Source: Tubiluchus corallicola (Eukaryota; Animalia; Priapulida). Taken from it: a stretch of DNA of 64,000 nt. The stretch spans positions 62,001 to 126,000 of the forward strand of contig JAQGDQ010000241.1 of assembly GCA_030141605.1 (NCBI GenBank), read 5' to 3'. Position numbers and translations under genes: made by a program. The notes under the pieces are model-generated. The model had not been told where the DNA came from. It made no database searches and was given only the letters and a program-made list of their open reading frames with translations. Below are positions 48,201 through 63,200 of this stretch, piece after piece (the stretch's first letter is position 1; each line of letters starts with the position of its first letter).

Positions 48201-51200
48201 GTGAAATTGATAATTAACATCTCGTCGTAAACTATCTAAAATGCAAGCGATCATTGCCAGATTGCTATCGCTCTCTGCGTGACCTTATACATATCAAACC
48301 TTCGGTTATTGTATTTGTATAGCCTATTCTATTACTACACTTACTTCTATTTACGTTGTGTAAGCACAAAGCGCTGAAAACAAAACGTCTGCGTGTTTTC
48401 TTCAGATAAAATCTGTAAAATAGCAATTGATGTGATGGATGATTTATGAGTTTATTCACACGCGAACTAGCTAATATTATTGTTTTGATTGAAAGAAGTC
48501 TTTCCAAACTGTTGACGTCCTTGTAAACTGAGCCTGTGTTACACTATTATTAAAATAATGGTCTTTCAATGATATAATTAATGTATTTATTATGAAACAT
48601 AATTTCGGATTGCTTTATCAGTGATACTTTCTCACTTAAATTTATTAGTCATTTTTGGTTCATGTCCATATTAATAACATAATATAATAATATTATTGTT
48701 ATTTATTATTCATTTAGTTTAAAACCAGTATGGCCTTAGAGGTACATGCAACTTCTGCTTTTTTTAGTTTTCACTATTGCATAACCAGATTAATTAATTA
48801 GCTATTTTGTTTATAATTAGTTAGTTTTGCCCATATAAATCTGCTGTACTAATTTTATTTGCACTTTGTGTAAATTTTCATAATTATATCTTCCATAATT
48901 GTTTGCCATCAATTTAATTTTCATTTATTTTCTTTTTATATTATTTATTTTGTTCTAATGATACCTGTTCGCCATGCAGAAATTAGTAGGTTCACTGTTT
49001 AGGGATGGCAGACTAGATGACCATTGGGTGTAGTTTATTGTTATGTACTATTCTGTGATTATTATTTTGAAGGCAGATAAATTATTCTTATTCCCTTATT
49101 CTTATTCTTATTCTTATTCTTATTCTTATTAAGTTATCATCAGCCGTAGATGGCGTAAAGAATTAGCACATATTCTACAGGTGAGTTTACGAGCTGCAAA
49201 GTTGCTAAGAAAGTTTAAAACAAGAAGAAAAATCACAGTGGTCTCTAAGCACAAACTAATCGAAACAGCTTCTAATTATTTAGCTCCCGAAAGAGTGGCT
49301 TTCCGGGACCTGTTTTTGGGTTTTCGGGCTTTGCGATTTCTGGAGATTTTTGGGTTTTGGGGACTGTAACCCTTGTAGATTAGATTACCAAAGCTACATA
49401 AGCTGCAATAGCATTCCAAAAGGAGGAACAGATTTGGGTGACAGCACATCGGTAAATGGCAGGTATTCTGAGCTAGACAAACTGAATTACGGTATACCTT
49501 GTGCACTTACCCCGCAAAAGATAATGTCATTTCTTAAAACTAATACAACCATAACACTTTGGTTTGGTGTCTAAACATAATTGTATTGAAGATGTAGCAT
49601 GACAAACTAGGTTTGAAACAGACAGTTTTACAACTGATATATGTTCTCTCCTAGTGGGAGCGAAACAGATGCAGAACAATGGTCACCACAATGTACAGCA
49701 ATCGTTGCAATAATTATGAACACTACTACGTAACAAGAGTGACATAATTAATACTATTTAAAGCGCTTAGTGTTTGAATTAAAAGACTGCACTAATACAA
49801 AAATTTGAGTGTTCACAGGATTATCTTGGGTATGGCTCCCATGCAGGAACAGCAAGTTCATTTGATGCACGGCTGTAAACATTGATGTTAAAAGCTGACA
49901 AGAGAGTGCAGAGATTTGTGAACAAATCATGTCTGGTCTGGTGGTACAGAACATAACACATACCATGCTATACCATAAAACTTTCATGGCGTCCATTCCC
50001 TTGAATGCCCTACCATTACTGTTGCACTTCGAACTTTTGTTATCCGGCGTTTTACCTATATAGTATTCCTGTACGAGTCCTTTTCCACCCTACTAAACAC
50101 AGTCAACACTGACTAGCCTTGGATAACGGTCTGGGTGTATTATTTAGCCGTTACCGTAATCATGTTCCATCAAATTGCATAAAGGGGTTATTGTTACACA
50201 GCTGTATATTGTTTGCGTATTCGCAATGAGTCACTTCACGTGCATAAAATACATGGATTAAGTATGAAAGTGAAAAAATGGCGCAATAGCCTACGCTATT
50301 AACAGTTCTGAAACAGGATTGCCTATTCTAGTAGCTTGAAGCGGTCTTTTACTGGGCGGAGTTCAACAAACATTTGTTGGCTGTACAACCTAGCTTGTGC
50401 ACGTTGGGTTTTAATTACACTTAGCGTTCCGAGGACCTTTGCAAGCTAAAATAATCCAATTCAAATTCACACCTGTTGAGGATTTTATTACGTAAATCGA
50501 CATAAAATAATTGTTTCATAAGGTACATAAAATATTTATTATCATTTTATTTCCATACATTACGTGAAATATATGTAAAACTAGTCCGTAATTGAGTTAG
50601 TCGCTTATTGAGTTTTTTGCCAAACTGCCTAGGTATATTTAATAGAACATCCTGTTACGGAATTAAAAACTGATGAAATATATTTGCACGAAGAATAGGG
50701 AGAAGGAGAACAGCATCACGGCGAAACAAACCTTACTCTGGAGTTACTTTGTAAGCCGACAACGCAGTTATAGTTTTTTAAATGTATACTTACAATTTTA
50801 TAACTCATTATAGTTTACTGACATTATAAAACAATGTACAACATGTACATGGGGAGACACATTATACAAAAGACCCTGCAAGCACTTGGTCACATTCGTC
50901 ACATTGAAACAGTAAAAACACTAAAGGTTAAACAATTTACAATTACCTTAATAAACAAGGTTAAAAACTATGTATAGGACAAACGGCAGTCAATGGCCCA
51001 TGCTATTTCACTTGGAATTACAATCTTCAGAATGGAAACGGATAGAATTGGCAGATATATTAGCGTCAATGCCCTTACAATTGTTGTATTGAATAGTTTC
51101 AAGTGACATGTACTCATATGAAAAAAACCTGATGCATAATTACCATCGGTAAGAAAACGTCTTTAATCCCGGTTTAGTTCATCTCTCCATGGGGTTATGG

Positions 51201-54200
51201 GAAAGCCTTTACCAAATGTCCAGTGCGCACTAGCTATAAGTACCTCTTTTTTCTAAAAACGTTTTGTTGAGCCAGAGGCTTTCCGCTGGGTGCTTTTAAG
51301 TCTTAGGTTGGGTGTTAATCGCATGTTTCAAATCGTGGGCTGCATCTATGGAGACTTGTCAAATGTCAAAATCTGGTATTTTTTTGTTAAATTCAATGCA
51401 CTTTCTGTAGAGTCACTGACAAAATACGTTTTACGACCAAACAATGAATAATAATTTCATTTAAGATAAGTTGCTAGCTAATGTTTCACTTTTCAACTTC
51501 TGTACTTCAAGTACAGAAGACAAGTCGAAATCGGCAGAGCTGAGTTATTAGACTTGGCCTCCAAATGACTGGCATAAAAATGTGTTCAAATTCAAATTTG
51601 ATTACATTCGTTTCAATTTGGTGTGTCACAGACGTCGAAAATTCATTACTATCGTGTTCCTGTGACATTTATTTGAAAACTCAAAACGATATCATGCATG
51701 CAAGAAACATATTAGCAAAGTCAGTCATAAGATCCTAATCTGGGTTAGCCTTGGGATTGTGTGTGCAAAAAACCTGTGAAAATATTTGTTTACTTAACGG
51801 CTAAAATCATATTACCCATCGTTACTCTGCCTAAGGTACAAAGAATTCCAAGTTATTATTCTATTCTAAGACAACTACAAGAAGTCACAGGTGGCTGGTG
51901 GAACATACAGCTTTTTGTGAATTTGTAACTTTCCAGTCGCTGAAAAAGAGAAAACTGGAGGGAAATCATTGAAATTGTGCGCTATTTACAAAGAATTAAA
52001 CACTTAAGAGAAGCCCCACATATAAGGCCAATATATGGACATTTCAATGCACAATTTCAATGTAAATTTCACGTTACATGTATAGTGTTATTTTCAGCGG
52101 CCAGTTCATTTTGAAATTTGATAACAGTATTGTTTATTTTTGGAACACTAATTGTCATTTACATTTGGAGCAAAGTACTTACAATTGTCATCTACGAGGA
52201 GCATAGTATCTGTTAGCCATCTTTTTCATAAACTAAAATTACCGAAAATAAAAATGGTTATCAGTGATACCGAGTTCTCTGAGTAAAATCTTTGTTCTAA
52301 AAAGTCGCGAATATGTCATTTAACAATTAATCTGTAGGAAACAGAATTAGAAACTATTAAAAGGATTTTAAATCTATAATTGTTTTGGATAATTAGAAAA
52401 ATTTTTATATTGCCAAAAAATCACTCCTTGATTTGAACGATGAAGGAACGATAGGTCAAGATGGAGGGTACGGATTGTCAGCCCAGCTCAGCTATGCATT
52501 GGTTGACTGAATGTTTAGGTTTCCTGGACCGATAATCAAAACGTCCCACGTTCAATAATCAATTCTCAAACTGGTGACCCAGATTTTCCGGCCGTATGAA
52601 GCCCGTCAAACAGTAATGATTATTTGAAAATCACGAAATTTATTTTTAATCATCCACATCATCATCATACAACCATTACATCTATTGCAGACATCGCGCA
52701 GGCAGAATTAAAAAATGAAAGAAATCTACCCTCGAGACACGTAAACACAGCAATTAATCTAGCAAAAAAACTAGATACTGCTATGTTAGTGATTTGTCAG
52801 CACTACTTCTGAAACAAATTATAAAATATATTCGTTTGTTATTTAGAGAAACTGATATCTGTTTAGTAGTAATGGTATGCCTTTGTTATAATATTGATGT
52901 TATTTTTTTATTGGTGCAATACTTGAACATCTGCGCAAATTCTTGATTTTTCTCTAATTAAATGAATGTATCATGAACTCGACATGTTTTCTTTGTAGTG
53001 GTAGGAGAAGCACCTAAACCGCCAATGTTTACCAAACTACCACCCAGAGAGGTAGTTTTCACACCAGGAACAAATATGACTCTCTCTTGTCGAGCAGCAG
53101 GAGAGCCAAAGCCAAGGTCAGTACTGATTTCTTCATCCTTAGAATCCTATACAACTTTTTTTTCAATTTAGCATATACAATAACTTTTATAACTCAAGGA
53201 AACAGCTAATTTCGTGTTGAATAGGATATGCAAGAACGAATGCTTCTTAGAAAACTAGAACGCCTTATAAGGAGCAACTGAAAAGACAGTGGACACTTGG
53301 ATTTGAAGCAACGCCACGTATTGCCAGATATCTTACTTTCCTGTATGACATCCAACAGTACTGTTCGTGCATAACATTTCTATTTTATCACTCTATTTCA
53401 TACAGTAATAAATGGTAACAATCCATGTCAAAATCGTATCACATCATCTTACTCTCATATCTTACGTATCATATCTTACCTTCCTGTATGACATCCCACA
53501 GTACTGTTCGTGCATAACATTTCTATTTTATCACTCTATTTCATACAGTAATAAATGGTAACAATCCATGTCAAAATCGTATCACATCATCTTACTCTCA
53601 TATCTTACGTATCATATCTTACCTTCCTGTATGACATCCCACAGTACTGTTCGTGCATAACATTTCTATTTTATCACTCTATTTCATACAGTAATAAATG
53701 GTAACAATCCATGTCAAAATCGTATCACATCATCTTACTCTCATATCTTACGTATCATATCTTACCTTCCTGTATGACATCCCACAGTACTGTTTGTGCA
53801 TAACATTTCTATTTTTATCACTCTATTTCATACAGCAATAAATGGTAACAATCCATGTCAAATCGTATCACACCACACCATATTACACAACCCTACGTCA
53901 TGCTACACCATACAACATCAGAACATATGCCAAACCTTACCAGATAACATAGCCTGACACGTGCACACAAGCCTACCGTACATTATCACACCATGCTATG
54001 CAGGTATACATATGTTCCGCATTTATTCCATGCAGCCTATATATATATAAAACCTAGAACCTATATACATACATATCGTACCATATCCTTTATCGTATCA
54101 TGGTACCGTACTGTAACGAATCACTACAGCACTTGTAGCAATGCCCAAATTATGAAAAGTTTACTCACCCGAACCTCCAATCTGCTTACTTTCCATCAAG

Positions 54201-57200
54201 TCCTTGATCACTATTAGCATTACGGTTTATTTTGTGGCACGAGGACAAATCGTAATCGTTTACTTAAAATGTCTCTGATAAACTATTTTTGAGCTTACTG
54301 TTTTTCTCATTTTCGCAGTTACTCTTGGCTCAAAGATGACAGAATGCTGTGGGGTAACAGATCAGAGGGACGCTTGTACCTCAACGATTTGAAGGAGTCA
54401 GACGAGGGAGCGTACCAGTGTGCAGTGGACAACAATTTGGGATTAGCGGTGTCACACAGAGTTTTTCTCAAAATGGCCAGTAAGTAGTCCAGGTGTAACA
54501 GTAGTGATTTTACCTTACCTATCTTTATCTTACCCCACCTAACCTTACCTTATATTACTTTACCTTATCCTACCTTGCCTTACCTTACCTTACTTTTCTT
54601 ATCTTACCTTACCTTACCCTTACTCTTACTTATCTTATCTTACCTTCCCCTTACTTTACTTTATCTTACCTTACCTTACTTTATTTTACTTTACCTTACC
54701 TTACTTCACTTTATCTTACTTTACTTACCTTACCTTACCTTTTCTTACTTAACCTAACCTTCTCTTACTTTGCTTATAAATGCAAGAAAATAATAGTGAG
54801 TTATAAAATCTGAAAAATTTTGCACGCCCATGGGATACGAAGCCTAAACCTTATGCAGTTATGCTAATATCATATTTTATCTGATCTTATGTCTTACCTT
54901 GTACTTATATTCATCTTGCTCTACCTGGCTATACTAAATGTCATGCCATGACATGATACACCGTTTCGCAGACTGTTAGCGGTATCCAGTCAGACCCACA
55001 CAACAAAGCATTATGTTGCTGGTTGTAACGGGACCGGAAGCTGGCTAATTATCAAGGATATTCTCCAAAATCACGTGTAAATGCGTACACATCGATTCCT
55101 CCTTTAACTCGAAGTAAATAGCTGCGAAGTGCACTGTGGATGAAAATGCTAAGAAGCTATTTTTCTGCTTGCCACCCATCAATTTATAAAGCAGACCCAA
55201 CGTTACTTAACCACCTTCAACTACTCCTTGCACACCATGACATAGAATACCATAACACACCTCACAGCACCACTCCATCACCTCATCACACATATACTAT
55301 ACTGCAACATACAAAAAGTCGTACCAAAACACAGCAACACCGTAGCACAAATCAAATCAACTTATTTCACTCCAGCAATACATATACAATACATCAACAT
55401 ACAATATGATTAGAAAAAAACAGTATAGGTAAAAAAACACTGATGAAGTCAAATTAACCGAATAAAAGAGTTGCTGTATGACTCCTTGAAAGCTTGACTT
55501 GTTAAGGTGGCACAAATGAGTGAATGAAAGAATGGTTAAGGTTAGTAAGCATGATGGAATGGAGAAAATCGTAAGATTAGAGATAGGAAGAAAGAAGGGA
55601 GGGGATAAAGACACAAGAACCACCTACAAAATAAACTTCAGCACTGCACTATTTTGCTTGAGGCCTATGTTAGTATTACTTCCAAGTTTTTGTAACAGAA
55701 ATTCACAACCGCCCATAATCATAATGCCTTGGAAAATTATGCATATAAGTTATCCCCCCACGCATGTAAAGACACTAATAAGATTTTCCTCTCAACAAGC
55801 GAATGATCAAAAGACGATTATTTTTTAATGATTCCTTTATTTAGACAAAAATATTCTTTAATCTGAATGATAATAATGATTGTTTAATAAACGTTCTGTT
55901 CAGCAATAAACATGTATTTTTATACAGGGTTACAGAGGTATCCCAGCATTCTAGCTGGCGTCAGTATACCGCAACATAAGGTTGTTCTCGGGCAGCCATT
56001 GACATTGAAGTGCCCACCAACGGAAAAATCTTTCCCTCCTCCAAAAATCGTCTGGCGAGTTACAAAGCAGGATAAAGGAAGTCTCATTGCAAAGGGTAAC
56101 GTCTTACACATACATTTGAAATTGGTTAATTTCACAACGTCTCTTATTATATATAATTGTATACTTTGTCCCATGCAGTGCGGTGAAAGGTCTTCCTTGT
56201 CAGCAAATTCATTGTTTTTACGAATGTTATTTTGCAAAGCATCCTTTAGGCTCGCGTAACTGTTTGTAAGTAAAGTCCAGTTTTTAATGCACCGTTGCAC
56301 TCTCGTTGATGAAAGCCATTTTCCTATTATAGTAAGCTTATTTTATACTGAATTGAATTAAGTTGAATTGCTTCGGCCAGCTATCTTCGGTTAATTTAGC
56401 CTAAAAAATAAACTAGAATGAATCTAATTAGATGGCGGAGTTGTAAACCAACTAATCAAAATAGTTACAAAATTTACTTATCACCTCAGGCAACCTGACA
56501 ACATTTTTTGGTCAGTTGAATCCCTCTGCTCTCTTTCTAATTAAATCTGTTATTTTTTGCTGCCTGTACGTTAAATTGACTAAAGATTTTTAATGTTTTT
56601 CGTGTATTTCATGCATTGTGTTGACATCGATTCCCACCTAATAAGGTAGCCTCTCTTAAGTAGGTCTTTTGTTTACGGGAAAGTAGTAGAAGGTGTAGTT
56701 CCTTACAGGAATAATAACTGTTTATGTTGTATTTAAAAAAACATAAGTTGAATATCTTAGCGTTAAACTAATAAAATGTTATGTCTTAACAATTACAGAC
56801 AATAATATATAATATCATTCACGCAAATAAAATACTTAAAACTTTTACTGTTTATGAATGGAAGCTTACAGGGGTTTATATAGTGAAATCATTTTTATTC
56901 ACGAAGAATTCATATTCAAACATAGCCTAAGTTCATCTTTCAATTTATTCACAAAGGGTTAACAAACTTAGTCTCAGCCTGTCACTTTACTTGGTCTGTA
57001 TAGTTATACAAAATATTCTTTGTAGATTAAATTTAAGAATTTAATTTGATGCGTAGGATGGTCGGTAGTTGTGCGTACACAAGGAACAGTGATTGACCTG
57101 AAAGGAGACCTCCACATCCTGAGCGTTCAAGCAGAAGACACTGGCAAACTCTACCAATGTGTCTCTCACAATCCCCTTTCTGTGCCAACGTCCAGCGAAG

Positions 57201-60200
57201 GTGGTCTGCAGGCAGTTACACTGGACACCAGCTTACCAGCAGTAACTAGCCAAGCACCTACACCACTAAGCACGTCCTCAGAGGATGGTGCTAGAAGGAG
57301 CAAGAATGTCTTCATGTTCAATGATGCTATCCACATTGAGTGCATATTCGGTGGCAAGTAAGTAATTTTAAGAAAGTAATTATTTTAAGCAGAACGTCTT
57401 AAGTAGTGATTTTAAGAATGTTAATTTAAGCAAGTAGTTGTTATTGCATTGTATTTTACTTCGTTTTCGCATTTGTATTTTAAAATGTCTCAGCTATAAA
57501 AAATTTACTTGAATTGAATATTTTAAAGACTAAAATCTCACTGCAGTATTGTCACTGAGAGTCAGCAATGGTTTTACGCGAATTTTTCGGCAGTAGTTAC
57601 AATTGTCGTAAAAGCTTATTGTCATCTAAGAACGATGGCGCACATACAAATGAATTTAGCCCAACTATTCACTGAAATTCCAGCAAAATCTCAAATAAGA
57701 TTCTAGACAATAACGCCCTTTGGATGCTTTTAGGCAAGATGTAAACTGTTATTAACGTATATCACATTCATTTTTGATCGAAAGAGTAGAACTTATTCTT
57801 ACCCACGGTCTAATAATGACTTTTCTAATAATCAGAAAATTAGGAAAGTTAACCCACTAGATGACTACCGTATGAGCACTTTGACTTTTTTTTACTTTGA
57901 CTGTAGGCTACGCTAAAGTTGTCAATGCACGAGAGTGTTAACTCTGACATACATTAAACTGTGTGAACATTAGTTTGTGGGCCCACGTCTGCCAATTTTG
58001 TCATGTATTGCAGCATTTTTTGCATTCATTTGTATGTCATAATGCAGACGTCCAAGTTCATCTTGTCATACTTGCCGTATACTGTACGTGTTTCTACTGG
58101 ATCACCTTGTTTTATGTAAGCATGCTATCATTATTATGAGGAACCTCTTGAGGAATACTCGTCAACTGTTTTTTATTTACAGTCCACTCCCAACAGTAAC
58201 GTGGAGGAGGGTGAACAACACATTGCCGTCAAAGGCTATCTTTCTGAACGATAACTACGAGCTGGTCATACCAAACGCCACTTATAAGGACAGCGGCGTC
58301 TATGAGTGCACCGGGACGAACTCTGTCGGCAAGAATAGTGTTGAAATGAAAGTAAAAGTAGAATGTACGAAAAATAATAACACATAAAATCATTATTGTG
58401 TTTTTGTCACTTATAAGAACATTTCCTGTGTTTGTCATCAATCTTCTAATTTAACAATACCCGCGTATATTGTAGTTGTCTTCAATGTAGTCGTGGTAGT
58501 GGTTGTGGAGAATGTCGTTACTGCTGCTGTTGTCATTCCTATCGATGTTGTTGCTGTTGCCACTGTTTGTGTATTGCTGCTGCTCCAGTCATTGCAACTG
58601 TCACCATTGTCACTGTCGCCATTGCTACTGCTCGATGATGTTGTTTCTACTGTTATTGCGGTGCTTAACGCTGATAATTTCTTTGTTATTACTAGCAAAA
58701 TCGTCGCTTTGTAGTTATTGACATATTTGCAGGCATAGCTACTAATAAACCAATGCACAGTATCACTATTGTGCACGTGTTTTGTAATATTATTTATACT
58801 TTTATGTTTTTTATGCATAGATTTTTTATTTTTTAGCTGCGCCTTATTTAGTTAAACCATGGATACCGTCCATTGATGGCCTGAAATTCGGAAACTACGA
58901 ACTGGAATGCCCGGTCTATGCCGTTCCTCGCCCTCATATTCAGTGGTACAGAAATGGAATACCAACTGGTAAGCCTTTACTCTTATTGCTTGCAAAATCT
59001 CAAAGCATTTTGAGGTGAATCTGCAAAATGACACTAAATTTTTTCTTCCTGCTGCTTTGCCGGTTTTTAAGTTGATCAAAAGTTAATCAAGAGTTTTGTG
59101 TGGTATTTTTACTAACAAAATCCATTTGTTTTAAATTCAATTCAAATGATCTTCTTACTTATTAAATTAAACGTATCTAAAGATTTCCTGAAATGCTCTT
59201 AAGTAAACTATTGCAAAGCAAAAAGAAATTGTTGACTGTATTCAAAGTGAATAAATTCAAATCCAAATCCGCTAGCATGATCGTGTTAATCACTTGACTA
59301 TGCCAGGTGCACTGTGATTTAGACATGACAAAATTTTAGATTATCAAGCTCATGTGTAACTATCAACAGCGTGCACGTTGTTCGTAAGTAATTATCACTT
59401 TACTATGCCTGGTCCAGCGTGGTTTATTCATATGTGACTGAGAAGTTTGCCCTAATTTTCACATTTTTGCTGCTGTCTTGGGCAAATAAATAATCCCAGC
59501 TTTTTTGGCCATACTATTGTCTGTATCCCTATTTTAGGTGTTTACTGTTTACCCTGCAAGTTCCATAACTCTAGGTACTATAGTTGTATTAGTTATTCAG
59601 TGACATGACTCGATGCTAAAACTCTATGGGTAATATAATGATGGAATGGAAAAAAATCAGTGTATGAATTCGTCTTTAAAAAAATCTGCTCCTCGCTGAT
59701 TGAAAGTCATAGAAAACCAGTCTAGAAAACCCAGGATTCAACGAGCAATGTTACACACTGATACACAGATTCAAGCGATCTATTCGCTTTCTTTATCATC
59801 TGTAGTTTTTAACAACTTTCCCGTTTTTTTTCTTCTAGAATCAACTCCAAGAGTGAAAGTAAGAGGCAAAATTGGCCAATATTTGAGATTTGAGAAAGCC
59901 GAACCTGACGTGACAGCAGTCTACCAATGTAATGCAACGAATAAACATGGCAATCTCTTTCAGAATGCCTACGTCTACATAGCAAGTAAGTTTTTTTGCA
60001 TTATAGAATAGTCAGCTCCACCTTGGCTCTCCACATTGGTGTCTATGTTTAAAACAAAGGGAAAGTGTTTTTATTAAGGTCCTGCACGTGTGTCGACCTG
60101 CTCAACGCTAATAAAACAAACAAAACAAGACATTATTCACTATAACAGACTTAAAAGAAAAATACACAGATTATGCTATGCACAAATTATCAATTAGAAA

Positions 60201-63200
60201 TAATACAAAAACAAAATTGCACTGCATTCTTAGGGCGAATTTCTAATTTCTGAATTTTTGTGGGCATAACCTGTGTGTTTTTCTTGTAACTCTGTTTTGG
60301 TGAAAGATGCCCTGTTTTGCTTGTTTTGTAATCCCTGATGGAGCTAAAAACAGGATGAAACACGTGTAGGATCAGAAATATTTGAACAATGAAACTTCAC
60401 AAGTTACTGCATTAGTAAAGCGAAAGTATAGTGCCATAACTTTTATGGGGTTTCATAATGTTACTATTATGCCGTTAAACCGGTCACATCCTTGTGCAAA
60501 AATGTGCCGCTTCTTTAATTATAAAATAGCACGTGAAAAAATATTGTTCCTTATATAAATGAAAGCATTTTTGCTGTTTCTAATCATTGTAATTGACTAA
60601 GCCGTACCGTTTTACAAGCACCAAGAGGGTTACAAGTAAGTTAAATAACTAATTTGTCTCTCTGATAATTGGAGTAACGTGTACCGACTGTTGTTGTTTA
60701 TTAAAATGCATGTTAAATTTGGTGTGATATATTTAAATTTCGAACCCAATTAAGGAAACAAAATATGGAGTACGTTACGAGTATGCAGCGCAAGCAAATC
60801 TGCTGTAAGGATAAAACATCTTTTGCTATTTTATCATTGTCCTCAATTTTTACTTGAAACGCATTTTTCCAGATTGCCCAGCTTGTCCTCCTACCCCTAT
60901 ACCACTGTGTGGAAATGACAGTTACACATACAACAGCCATTGCACAATGCAAATGAAAAATTGCATGTAAGTAATTAATCTAATGAAATTTTTAACTAGA
61001 TTATTTGAAATTGCTTTACTAATATGTGTAACCAATAATAGGCATGGACCGTTAAAAATGGCACGCCTCATGATCATGGAGTGAAACAAAACATTACAAG
61101 GGAAATATTATGATCTCAATCAGAACTTTTAAAAGTAAAAAGTACTACAGTATTAGCAGGCTACCTTTATTTTTTCTGATTTTATAAAAGACTTTTCAAT
61201 TTCAGCAAAACCATGGATATCGATATTAAAGTTTCTTACTTCAGAAGTATGAATGTTGACAATGTATTAAAGGAAACATTCTCTTTCAGAAAAGGTACGA
61301 ATGTGGCGCCCCTTCACTGCGGCGTCTGTGAGGATCCTGCTGCTAAGAACGATGGTATTTATACTACATATATTGTAATTTCATTATCGAACTACTACCT
61401 TTACATTAACGACTTACTACCACCTTATAGCGAGTTTCTACTACAGAAACTGATTGATGACGGCGAAAACGAATTCCTAAACTGAAAATAACAGCAGCCA
61501 GCACCCACTTAAGCAAAGATATAGCTTTTATTCAGACACAACATCTGCAACGTTTTGACGATTTAAGGTCATGTTAATGCAACAATTCATCTAAATAAAA
61601 ATACAGCGTATAAAATAACGAAATTACGATTTACTACTTCATTTCAGCAATATAGCACATCGTTATAATAGCTTAGGATGTCGACATAGCTATCTCCAGG
61701 ATTATAAATGCTTATATTACTTCGTTATAATGATTCACTGCTTCGTTACAACGTGATACTATCATACTACTACGATAGCTATGTCATTTATAATGAAGTA
61801 TTTATATTTTTTTCAAAAAGCAAAATTGACGCTAAAAGAGTTCTGATATTATAACTCGTCATTATACTATCTGCAAATAATTGCACATATATCGCCAGGT
61901 AACACACGTAGTTGCACAATGCGGTCATTAGTAAAGTACTCCGTTTTTTCTCTCTAAGCAGCAATATAGTAATTACAAAACGGGCCTGTCGCTTTAATTA
62001 AGCAGTACACATAGGAAGTCTGGATGGATGAGGTTTTCCCCGAATTTTAATACATCTGCGTGATTTCGCCATATAATCACAGATTCATACAAGACCAACA
62101 AAGCATGAAGCTGACACCACATACAGGGTGTTCCAGTCTGTGCATTAGCAAATGGCATAAGCACAATACACTATACAAAGCCTAATAAGTGCGGTGAGAA
62201 AAAGGCTATATGGTAGGAAAACTGGATTAATGACTTAAAATATATGATATCATAATGATATCACTGTTCCAGTTTTCGTAATGACGTAAATGCAGAAGTC
62301 TAAATTCATTATTGTGATGACCCCGTCCACAAATCCTGGTTCATTTTGTCGTATTTCTGTTACGTTGTTTTTTGTGAACATCCTGTGTCCTTGGCTGAAC
62401 ACTCTTGGTCGTTTTTTTCCGTTTTTTTTTCGTTAATTTAATTCATCGCAAGTCATGATTATTACTTTATTCTAAATGATTACAGTTCCGAGACCACCTC
62501 GGGAGGTACAGATCAAATCATGCTCGTATGGAAAGAGAGGGGATTCCGCAGCAAGCTTCTCCAGCGCAGAGGTGATGTGGCAAAGAATGAACGACTTCTG
62601 CGTTCCCATACTAAGTTATATAATAGAAATTAAGAACACAACAGATGGAAACAACAAACCATGGGAGTTCTTCGAAGCTGTCAATAGCCAGTTGTATGTA
62701 TTTCATTTCATAGGATTTTTACAATTATTTTCAGTTCATATCTGCGTGCCTTTTATGCTTGTTTTGTTTTTATGTTTTTTTACTTCATCTTGTTGATACT
62801 AATTAATAAAAAACCTACAGTCACAAAAGGGAAAAAACACGATGTTTTGTGTTCTCAACCTTGCGAATGTGATTAGTGCTTTTTGCGTTTTTCCTTGTGA
62901 TTTTTATTTTCTGCGACCCGTTCTCCTTTTTTCTAAACATTGTGTTTTCTGAATGTAAATCTAAAACAATAGTATTTAGCAATTCTTTCTTCTTCTTCTT
63001 CTTCTTCTTCTTCTTCTTCTTCTTTTATCTTTCACCTAAAGATAATCGTTTTTCTTGATTAAGGGATTTTTGTTAATTGTGTCTGTTCTTGTAATCAACA
63101 ACATTTCTGCATCTTATTTACAGACATCTTTTCTGTATGACTATTCGTTTTAGTGATAAATGTGAGTAAATATGCAGCAAACACATTTTGGCTACTATTC

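Noticed and set aside
49350-51420. Moderately GC-rich stretches with 70-80 aa ORFs in the long Ig-gene intron
   Set aside because: No recognisable protein family; frames interrupted by stops; probably decayed repeats, would need a Dfam/BLASTX search
52691-52740. Exon-like segment DIAQAELKNERNLPSRH
   Set aside because: Its only open frame exits in phase 0, incompatible with the phase-1 acceptor at 52999
60602-60635. Micro-exon candidate before a strong gtaagt donor
   Set aside because: No acceptor gives phase 1 in and phase 1 out
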